Shown: positions 56,504 to 64,000 of the stretch, one piece after another
How the letters are laid out: each line of letters opens with the position of its first letter
Position numbering within the stretch: the first letter of the stretch is position 1
DNA from: Verrucomicrobiales bacterium
GTDB taxonomy: Bacteria > Verrucomicrobiota > Verrucomicrobiia > Verrucomicrobiales > V1-33
Length of the DNA stretch: 64,000 bases
Direction of reading: 5' to 3'
NCBI GenBank assembly: GCA_031411295.1
Contig: JANOAV010000091.1
Location: 1-64,000 of the forward strand
Position numbers and translations under genes: made by a program
Notes under the pieces: generated by a model
The model's input: the letters and a program-made list of their open reading frames with translations, nothing else
Databases searched by the model: none
What the model was told of the DNA's origin: nothing

Positions 56504-57211
56504 TCACGAGTCGCCCAGATACACCAACCGACCACAATTGGAGCAATTCGTCAGCACTTTATCCGCCTTGACTCCCATCATCACAGCGGGGGCAACTTTC
56601 ATGTTACAGCCACGGCAGACATTGCCAGCGATGGCGACGACAGCGGAATCGCCCCGACTCTTCCAGATGCGACCATACATTTCCAATAAATCTTCATCCA
56701 CCTTGACCGCCAGGGTGTCTCGTGCCGCCTGCACTTCTTTGATTTGGGTGTCTAGATTCTTGATGCGCTCCGCAATCACAGCCAATTCCCCATCGACATG
56801 CTTTTGGCTGGCGGCCAAGCCTTCCTGCGCATTGGCCAAGGCTGCTTTCAGCACCTCAGCTTTTTCCATCAACTCCATTTCCTGATCTTCCAAGCCGGAA
56901 ATTTCGTTGGTGTAGCGCACCACTTCGTTGCCGATGGCAGCGTATTCATCATTCTTCCGCGTCTCGAACTGCTGCACCTTGAGCCGACTAATGGTTTGCT
57001 TCCGGGTGTCGATCACCAGTTCCAGATTCTTCATTGCCACCTCGTTCTCCTGCATCGAGTGCTTGGCCGTCTTCACCGCTTCGGTATCGCTGGCCAGCTT
57101 CTGCTTGGCGCGTTCCTCCTCTTGGGGCAGGCGCTTCAGCTCGGTTTGCAGCCGCTTCAGCGTTTGGTCTTTGTCTTGGAGGATGAGCAATTGGGTGATT
57201 TCTGGGAGCAT
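56504..57211 (-). CDS. Coiled-coil C4-type zinc-ribbon protein (DUF164 / CT398-HP0958-like)
   Basis: LLILQDKD start, long coiled coil, CRGCNM...CSNCGRLVY. Confidence 0.9.
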   Translation of the reverse strand: MLPEITQLLILQDKDQTLKRLQTELKRLPQEEERAKQKLASDTEAVKTAKHSMQENEVAMKNLELVIDTRKQTISRLKVQQFETRKNDEYAAIGNEVVRYTNEISGLEDQEMELMEKAEVLKAALANAQEGLAASQKHVDGELAVIAERIKNLDTQIKEVQAARDTLAVKVDEDLLEMYGRIWKSRGDSAVVAIAGNVCRGCNMKVAPAVMMGVKADKVLTNCSNCGRLVYLGDS

Positions 57212-57269
57212 GGATCGGAGGATGGGGTAAATTTAACAACTAAGCCATAGCAGAGCAGACGGGGTAAAC

Positions 57270-58379
57270 TCAATAGATTTCCACCGGGGATCGTTTTCCG
57301 TCTTCCACGCTCAGATTGGCGGCAGCCTCCTCGCCCAGCACATCGACCCGCAATTGCTGGATGTCCTCGTTGATCCGCTTGAATTCATCCATGCTCCAGG
57401 TCTTGGGGGCGGAGAGTTTCTTCTTGGTGCGTTCCATGCGCTCCAAGGCCATGTTTAAATTCAGTTCTGGCACGCCCTTCAGATGCTGGAAGGCTTGCTC
57501 CACCATCTCCACGCGGTGACAGATCATCACCATGTCATTGCCTGCGAGCACCGCATCCTGAATCGCCTGCTCAAACGTGACTTCATTTAAAATGGCCCCC
57601 ATATCCAAGTCGTCGGTCATCACCAACCCCTGATCGAAGCCCAGCTGATCTCGCAGGAACTTCGTGATGATGTTGTGGGATAAACTGGACGGCCAACGGG
57701 GACGGTCTGGCTCAAAGTCCGGGAAATAGGCGTGACCGATCATCAGACTATCCAATTCCGGCAAGAGCGCAGTGTAAGGCAGAATCTCTTCCGACAGCAG
57801 TTCCTCCTTGGTCCGACGGATCACCGGCAGTTCTTCATGCGGGTCCACATCCGCACTGCCATAGGTAGGAAAATGCTTGCCGCAGCTCAGGATGCCACCA
57901 GCGCGCATGGCGCGGTTGAACACTCCGGCCTTGTTAATGACCTCCTGCGGATCCCGACCGTAGCAGCGGCCTTTCAATGAGTTGTCTGCTTGATCGTCAT
58001 GAGAAATATCCAGCACCGGACACAGGTTGAGATTGAATCCGAAGAGTCGTAAGATTTCAGCCGTCAGGCGGCCATGTTGTTTGATCAGGGCAGGATCATT
58101 CTTATCCCGCAGCGCCACGGCATTCGGCGGCTCAGCCCCGATCAACCGAAGCCGGGAAACGCGCCCGCCCTCTTGGTCGATCGTGATGATGGGTTCCACC
58201 TCGCTCAAGTCGCGCAGGTCGTCGATCAGTTTGCGCAACTGCTCGGGCGATTTGATATTCCGACCGAAGAGAATAAATCCTCCCGGCTGCAACGCCTTAA
58301 AGCGACGCGCGGTATCAGCATCCAACTCCGGGCCGGGAACCCCGGTAAGCAATAATTGACCAAGAAATTTTTCGTCCAT
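57270..58379 (-). CDS. nagZ: GH3 beta-N-acetylhexosaminidase (NagZ-like)
   Basis: GGFILFGRN, IDQEGGRVSRL, KHFPTYG..DPH, TDDLDMGA. Confidence 0.85.
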   Translation of the reverse strand: MDEKFLGQLLLTGVPGPELDADTARRFKALQPGGFILFGRNIKSPEQLRKLIDDLRDLSEVEPIITIDQEGGRVSRLRLIGAEPPNAVALRDKNDPALIKQHGRLTAEILRLFGFNLNLCPVLDISHDDQADNSLKGRCYGRDPQEVINKAGVFNRAMRAGGILSCGKHFPTYGSADVDPHEELPVIRRTKEELLSEEILPYTALLPELDSLMIGHAYFPDFEPDRPRWPSSLSHNIITKFLRDQLGFDQGLVMTDDLDMGAILNEVTFEQAIQDAVLAGNDMVMICHRVEMVEQAFQHLKGVPELNLNMALERMERTKKKLSAPKTWSMDEFKRINEDIQQLRVDVLGEEAAANLSVEDGKRSPVEIY

Positions 58380-58537
58380 CCCGCTTTAAAGCAAAGACTG
58401 GCTCGTTTTGCAACTAGCGAAGTCGTGCGGCGGGAAATTTCGGCTCACTCGACCACCCCTCCCCACCTGCGTGGCAAAAGCCTCTTGGCAGCAGCTGGCA
58501 GAGCCGGTTAGCATGTGCTGACTCCATCCCCACCATC

Positions 58538-60820
58538 ATGCTTCGCAGCGTCCTTTTCTTATTAACCTTGCTACCCGCAGTCGCCTTCGGCAAAGAAGCC
58601 GCCAAGGGAGAGATGCAAGTCACAGCAGCCGACCGCCAGCATTGGGCATTTCAGCCATTGCGGACCGTGGCCGTGCCCGCCTCGCCTGATCCGGGCTGGA
58701 CCCGCACGGAAGTTGATTCGTTTATTCGCCAAGCGCAGGCAGCCAAAGGCCTCACCCCATCCCCCGCCGCCGATGCGCGCACGCTGATCCGTCGTCTCTA
58801 CTATGATGTGATTGGCCTGCCGCCCCGGCCGGAGGAAATGCAGCGCTGGCTGGAGCATTTGGCGAAAACTCCGACCGCGGTCGCGCCCCTGATCGAAGAG
58901 TTGCTGGCGAACCCGCACTATGGCGAACGCTGGGCCCGCCACTGGCTGGACGTGGCGCGCTATGCTGATAGCAATGGCATGGAAGGGGACGATGACCGCC
59001 CCACTGCCTATCATTTCCGTGACTTTGTGATCCGAGCGTTCAACGATGATATGCCGTGCGATCAATTCATGCGCTGGCAGTTGGCGGGTGATGAGCTGAA
59101 CCCGGACAATCCCCAAGCGATTGCTGCGACTGGGTTCCTCGTAGCCGGCACTAGCATCATTCTGAATGTGCCCATGGAGGAGGAGAAGCTTCGCACCCGA
59201 GCCAATGAGTTGGACGACATCGTCTCCACCACCGGTCAAGCCATGCTGGGGCTGACGCTGGCCTGCGCGCGTTGTCACGACCACAAATATGATCCGCTCC
59301 CCACACGGGATTATTATCGCCTCATGAGCATCTTCAACAGTGGCGACCGCAAGGAGGTGCCGTTGGCTTCGGCTGCTGAGGTTGCATCGCAAGCCAAGGC
59401 GATGACCGAGTGGAAGCAACAATTCGACTCCGCCACTCAGGCCCGCTCAGCCTGGCTCAAGCATCCCCGGCCTGCCCTGGCCGAACAACTGCGCACGACG
59501 AGAATTTCCCAACTTCCCATTTCCGACGAAGAGAAGCAGTTGCTAACCAGCAAGCCCGATGAACCAAAAACCAAAGAGTTGGCCCAACGTTTCAAAAAGC
59601 AGCTGCAAGCCGAAGACCCTGCGGCCATCAAGGCCCTGTTGGTGGCGGAGCAAGCACACTGGCAGGAATTGGAGGAGCGGGTGCAGAAACTCAATGCCAA
59701 CAAGCCCAGCGCGTTACCTAAGACCTTTGCCTTTGCAGATTTCGCGGCAGAACCCCGAGAATCCTGGCTCTTCGAGCGAGGAGATTTCATGGCGCGAAAC
59801 CAAAAGGTCAACATGGGCTTCCTTACGGTGCTCCAGCAGAACAAGCCGGCGGAAGCCTACTGGCAATCCGCCCGCGCCTCCATCCTTCATCCGGGCAGCA
59901 CCCAGCAACGACGCGCCTTGGCGGACTGGATGACGGACCTTGATGACGGGGCCGGTCGGTTGCTGGCCCGCGTGTTCGTGAATCGCGTCTGGCAGCATCA
60001 CTTTGGCGAAGGTTTGGTGCGCAGCGTCAGCGACTTCGGCACGCGGGGCGAGAAACCTTCCCATCCAGAGTTGCTGGAGTGGCTGACATCCTATTTCATC
60101 AGCCATGGCTGGAGCCTGAAGGACTTGCATCGCATCATCCTCAGCAGCGCAACCTATCAGCAGGCGGCCGGATTTGATGAGAAGAAAGCTGCGATTGATC
60201 CTGAGAATCGACTTCTCTGGCAGCGTCGGCCATTGCGAGTGGAAGCAGAAATCCTGCGCGACTCCATGCTAGCCGTAGCCGGAACCCTGAACCCCACCAT
60301 GTTCGGCCCCAGCTTCAAGCCGCCCATTCCATCGGAAGCCCTGCAAGCCCGCAACGTGAAACAGCCCTACCCCAAGGACGCGCAGGACACGGCGGAGACC
60401 CGCCGACGCACGATTTATCTGTTTCACAAACGAGTCGTGCAATATCCGCTGATGCAAGCATTCGATGCTCCGGATGCGCAACAAAGTTGCGGCCGCAGAA
60501 TGAACACCACGGTCGCCCCGCAAGCGCTCGCCATGCTGAATGATCCCTTCGTCCGCCTGCGCGCCGAGGAACTCGCAACGCAATTGCAATCCACCCCTGA
60601 CAACACTGTGGAAAACAAGGTGCAACTGGCGTTTCAGCGCTGTTTCAATCGTGCGCCAACGCCCGCAGAACTTACGGCAGCGACTGGATTTATCGGCACG
60701 CAAACCACTTCCCGCCAAGCGCGTGACGTCTCGCAAACTGCTGCCAGCATGGAGTTGCTGGCGCTCACGGATTTTTGCCAATCGTTGTTTGGCCTGAACG
60801 AATTTATTTATATCGACTAG
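58538..60820 (+). CDS. DUF1549/DUF1553 (PSD1-type) domain protein
   Basis: HWAFQP, RRLYYDVIGLPP, YGERWARHWLDVARYADS, CARCHDHKYDP, VNRVWQHHFG, PSHPELL, AEILRDSML. Confidence 0.92.
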   Translation: MLRSVLFLLTLLPAVAFGKEAAKGEMQVTAADRQHWAFQPLRTVAVPASPDPGWTRTEVDSFIRQAQAAKGLTPSPAADARTLIRRLYYDVIGLPPRPEEMQRWLEHLAKTPTAVAPLIEELLANPHYGERWARHWLDVARYADSNGMEGDDDRPTAYHFRDFVIRAFNDDMPCDQFMRWQLAGDELNPDNPQAIAATGFLVAGTSIILNVPMEEEKLRTRANELDDIVSTTGQAMLGLTLACARCHDHKYDPLPTRDYYRLMSIFNSGDRKEVPLASAAEVASQAKAMTEWKQQFDSATQARSAWLKHPRPALAEQLRTTRISQLPISDEEKQLLTSKPDEPKTKELAQRFKKQLQAEDPAAIKALLVAEQAHWQELEERVQKLNANKPSALPKTFAFADFAAEPRESWLFERGDFMARNQKVNMGFLTVLQQNKPAEAYWQSARASILHPGSTQQRRALADWMTDLDDGAGRLLARVFVNRVWQHHFGEGLVRSVSDFGTRGEKPSHPELLEWLTSYFISHGWSLKDLHRIILSSATYQQAAGFDEKKAAIDPENRLLWQRRPLRVEAEILRDSMLAVAGTLNPTMFGPSFKPPIPSEALQARNVKQPYPKDAQDTAETRRRTIYLFHKRVVQYPLMQAFDAPDAQQSCGRRMNTTVAPQALAMLNDPFVRLRAEELATQLQSTPDNTVENKVQLAFQRCFNRAPTPAELTAATGFIGTQTTSRQARDVSQTAASMELLALTDFCQSLFGLNEFIYID

Positions 60821-60826
60821 CACACC

Positions 60827-62242
60827 ATGGCCCTCACTTCACATTGCGGACGCTTCGCTCCCGTTACTTCCCGACGCGATTTCCTGAGGAAGGCGGGCGC
60901 TGGATTCGGCACCCTGGCGCTGGCGGACTTGCTGGGAAAATGCAACCTGCTCGCGGACGAACCCTCTGCCCTGAACCCACTGGCACCCCGGGCCTCGCAG
61001 TATGCGGCCAAAGCCAAGTCCATTATTTGGCTCTTCATGGAAGGCGCCCCCAGCATCGTGGACCTCTTCGATCCCAAGCCTGAGCTGACCAAACGCCACG
61101 GCCAACGCATCGACATTGACGTCTTCAATGGTAATCCCGGACCGCTCATGAAGTCACCATTTAGCTTCCAGCAATACGGCCAGACGGGCACGTTCGTCTG
61201 CGAACATTATCCTAACGTGGCGAAGCATGTGGATGATTTTGCTTTCATCAAGTCGTGCTACAGTGAGTCCAACGATCACGTTCCCGCCCTCTATCAAATC
61301 AACACCGGCATCCCCCGTCCGGGCTTTCCCAGTGCCGGATCGTGGGTCACGTATGGGCTTGGTTCGGAGAACAGCAGCCTGCCGGGCTATGTGGTGTTGG
61401 GAAATAATCAGGGCGTCAAAGGGGGGAACTTAAACTGGAGTTCGGGCTTCCTGCCCACCAGCTATCAAGGGACGCTCTTCCGTCCCGAAGGTGCACCCGT
61501 CATTAATTTGAATCGTCCCGGAAATGTCACGCGTCAGGATCAACGCGCCCAGCTCGATCTCATGGCCCAACTCAATCAACGCCATCTCGAGGCCAAGCCG
61601 GGGGAAGCCGAGTTGCTGGGGCGTATTCAAAGTTTCGAGTTGGCATATCGCATGCAGTCCGAAGCCACGGATCTGGTGGACTTCAGCAAGGAATCGACAG
61701 CTACTCGGGAAATGTATGGCCTGGAGAAGGACGAGACGCGTTCGTTCGGCTCCAAGTGCCTCATGGCACGTCGGTTGGTCGAACGTGGGGTGCGCTTTGT
61801 GCAGGTCTATAGCGATGGCGAATGGGATGCCCACAGTGACCTGAATGGAAATCACAAAGGCCACTGTCGGGCCACGGATCAGCCGATTCATGCTCTGCTC
61901 ACGGACCTCAAGCGCACCGGGCTGATCAATGACACGTTAGTGATCTGGGGCGGTGAGTTTGGGCGGATGCCGGTGTCGCAAGGAAACGGCGGTCGCGATC
62001 ACAATCCTCATGGGTTCGGCATGTTCATGACCGGGGCGGGCATCAAGCCGGGAGCCAGCTATGGCGAGCTTGACGAAATCGGATTCAAAGCCGCAGTGGA
62101 CCGCGTTTCGGTGCACGATCTGCACGCCACCATGCTGCATCTGTTGGGGATCAACCACGAGCAACTAACGTATTTCCACAACAGTCGAACCTACCGCCTG
62201 ACGGATGTGGCCGGGGATGTGCTTCACGAGATCTTAGCCTGA
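60827..62242 (+). CDS. DUF1501 domain protein (sulfatase-like fold), Tat signal
   Basis: SRRDFL, AKSIIWLFMEGAPS, GSWVTYGLG, ARRLVERGVRFVQ, WGGEFGRMP, GRDHNP. Confidence 0.93.
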   Translation: MALTSHCGRFAPVTSRRDFLRKAGAGFGTLALADLLGKCNLLADEPSALNPLAPRASQYAAKAKSIIWLFMEGAPSIVDLFDPKPELTKRHGQRIDIDVFNGNPGPLMKSPFSFQQYGQTGTFVCEHYPNVAKHVDDFAFIKSCYSESNDHVPALYQINTGIPRPGFPSAGSWVTYGLGSENSSLPGYVVLGNNQGVKGGNLNWSSGFLPTSYQGTLFRPEGAPVINLNRPGNVTRQDQRAQLDLMAQLNQRHLEAKPGEAELLGRIQSFELAYRMQSEATDLVDFSKESTATREMYGLEKDETRSFGSKCLMARRLVERGVRFVQVYSDGEWDAHSDLNGNHKGHCRATDQPIHALLTDLKRTGLINDTLVIWGGEFGRMPVSQGNGGRDHNPHGFGMFMTGAGIKPGASYGELDEIGFKAAVDRVSVHDLHATMLHLLGINHEQLTYFHNSRTYRLTDVAGDVLHEILA

Positions 62243-62244
62243 GC

Positions 62245-63339
62245 TTACTTTAAATCGGCAATGATTTCTCCCGCCAACTGATCCAAGGCAGCAGCGGCCT
62301 TGTCCCCACCTTGGTTCGTGACAACGGCAAAGCCAAAATGTTTCTTAGGGGCCAGCCAGGTGATGACATAATTCATGGTGTTAGTTCCCGCATGAGTCAA
62401 CGCCTGCCCTCCGGCCCAAGGCCGCTCTGCCAGCAGCCAACCAGCCTCGTAGGCAGGCTCGCCTGGGTCCGACTGCACTTGTGCGGTGTGCATGTGAGTA
62501 AACGCCGCGGCTGGTAAAATGCCAGGGCAAGATTTACCGGCGGTGAGGTGCCACTGGGCGTATTTGGCATAATCGGCCAAGCTCATGTGAGCCGTGCCCG
62601 CAGGTCCCAAGCCCCGTGGATTGTCGTCTCCCGGGCCAGGTGGCATGGGCTTTCCTTTCCCGTCATGGCCCCAGGGTTGATCTTCTTTTCCTGCCGTGCC
62701 AGGCATACCAAAGCCTCCACTGGCAATGCCCAAGGGCTTCCAGAGCTTGCTTTGGATCAGCGTTTCCCAGTCCTGACGGGTCTTGCTTTCCAGCATGTAT
62801 CCGGCGGTGGCGAACCCCAAGTTGGAATACTGGTATCGACCCAGCGGCTGCGGCGGTGGCTTCTTTAAATTCTCCGTCACCCACCACTGACGCGCCTCCC
62901 GCGGAGAGCCTCGTTGGAGCGTGAATTCCCGCCAGAATCGGCCATCGTGCCCCATGCCCGCGCGATGCTCCATAAGCTGCTGCAGGGTCACGGGCGCAAA
63001 ATCGGGATGCGTGTTAGGGATCGTTTCGCCAATGGTGGTGTCCCAGCGTAATTTCCCTTCATGGATCAGAATGGCCGCCAGACTTGCCGTCATTGATTTG
63101 GTGTTCGATCCAAGGTGCCAGCGATCCTCCACCGTGGCTGGAGTCTTTCCTCCAGCCTTACGCAGCCCGCGCACTGCCAGGGCTAACGTTTTGTCATCCG
63201 TAAACACCACCGCGCCCAGGGCCGGCAGTTTGTCTTTGGATAAATGAGCCTCCAGCAGTTTGACTAGCTTGTCAGAGGAAATCGACTGAGCCTGTGCCAG
63301 GGAGGCCCAGAGCGTGAGCAGGAGGAGCGGAAATTTCAT
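62245..63339 (-). CDS. Serine hydrolase, beta-lactamase/peptidase S12 family
   Basis: Signal peptide; SxxK (SNTK), YSN and HAG motifs. Confidence 0.9.
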   Translation of the reverse strand: MKFPLLLLTLWASLAQAQSISSDKLVKLLEAHLSKDKLPALGAVVFTDDKTLALAVRGLRKAGGKTPATVEDRWHLGSNTKSMTASLAAILIHEGKLRWDTTIGETIPNTHPDFAPVTLQQLMEHRAGMGHDGRFWREFTLQRGSPREARQWWVTENLKKPPPQPLGRYQYSNLGFATAGYMLESKTRQDWETLIQSKLWKPLGIASGGFGMPGTAGKEDQPWGHDGKGKPMPPGPGDDNPRGLGPAGTAHMSLADYAKYAQWHLTAGKSCPGILPAAAFTHMHTAQVQSDPGEPAYEAGWLLAERPWAGGQALTHAGTNTMNYVITWLAPKKHFGFAVVTNQGGDKAAAALDQLAGEIIADLK

Positions 63340-64000
63340 ACGGCGGGTGGGATCGTGAGCGGCGGGATCCTTTCGTAGAACCGCAACGCCTCAATCTTAT
63401 CCGTCAGATCCTTCAGTGGGTAAATGCCTTTTTTTCCGCCCGCACCGGGATCGCGGATCAGGTAATCGTGACCCTCCTTACCGCAGATGACCACGAAGTG
63501 CGTGATGCCGCGTTCGCCATTAGGGCCGTCCGGGTAGCGCAGCCGAATGATCACCGGGTTGCCCACTTTGAGATTGCGATCGATCAATTTATACGTCGGC
63601 ACATCTTCATAGAGAAACTGCACCTTGGTAGGGGCCAGATCACACGCCACCTCCCATTTCAACCAACCTTCCGGCGTATAGCCTTCATGCTTTTGGAGAA
63701 ATTTATTCAAACTCTGCGGCTCAGTATCGATGCCGTAATAGTAAAGGATCATGGCCACCGAAGTCAGCGCACAACCGGCACTACCCAGCGTGTCCCCACT
63801 CTGTCCCCAGGCCAGCGGATCCTTGCTCCAGCGGGGATCGGCTTGCCGGAAGAGGCTGACGGGCAAGACCAGCTTCTTAAAAAAATACTCACCCCCGCTG
63901 GAATTAATGCGCGTGTCCACGACCTTCGGCACCGGGGGCACCGGCGGAGGCTCGGAGAAGTAGCGGTAGAACCCGTAGGTGGCACCGCAGAAAATCAGCA
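63336..64000 (-). CDS. C39-like cysteine peptidase (5' end outside the window)
   Basis: FRQADPRW..GCALTSVAM..HFVVI..DP triad. The frame stays open to the window edge (LIFCGATYGFYRYFSEPPP). Confidence 0.85.
   Translation of the reverse strand, partial: LIFCGATYGFYRYFSEPPPVPPVPKVVDTRINSSGGEYFFKKLVLPVSLFRQADPRWSKDPLAWGQSGDTLGSAGCALTSVAMILYYYGIDTEPQSLNKFLQKHEGYTPEGWLKWEVACDLAPTKVQFLYEDVPTYKLIDRNLKVGNPVIIRLRYPDGPNGERGITHFVVICGKEGHDYLIRDPGAGGKKGIYPLKDLTDKIEALRFYERIPPLTIPPAV

Noticed and set aside
62245..63339. Antibiotic-resistance beta-lactamase
   Set aside because: SxxK/YSN/HAG motifs are shared by many esterases and peptidases; nothing specific to AmpC (no KTG).

Overview
Gene-dense, GC-rich bacterial window, most likely from Verrucomicrobiota (PVC group), judged by a PEP-CTERM protein, lamin-tail/CotH protein, DUF1549/DUF1553-DUF1501 pair, Tat-exported Gfo/Idh/MocA oxidoreductases and several proteins ending in an F[YF]R[LV] tail. 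Left to right: divergent surface-protein paralogs plus a CotH/lamin-tail gene, an ADP-ribosylglycohydrolase-like gene, an orphan ECF sigma factor and a cluster of REP-like palindromes; a diverged tandem duplication of a ~2140-aa secreted alpha-2-macroglobulin-like protein; an 8-gene operon coupling a two-partner secretion pair (TpsB and a 3724-aa DUF3739-type TpsA) to DUF2341-LamG-ExbB, ExbD, a TonB-like protein, a putative porin, a coiled-coil protein and a PpiC chaperone; then a decayed EF-G paralog, an HxlR/DinB pair with twin operators, a secreted GH13 enzyme, two AT-richer paralogs, a zinc-ribbon protein, NagZ and peptidases. No rRNA, tRNA, CRISPR array, transposase or integrase was recognised. 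Family assignments come from motifs recognised by eye, not from database searches.
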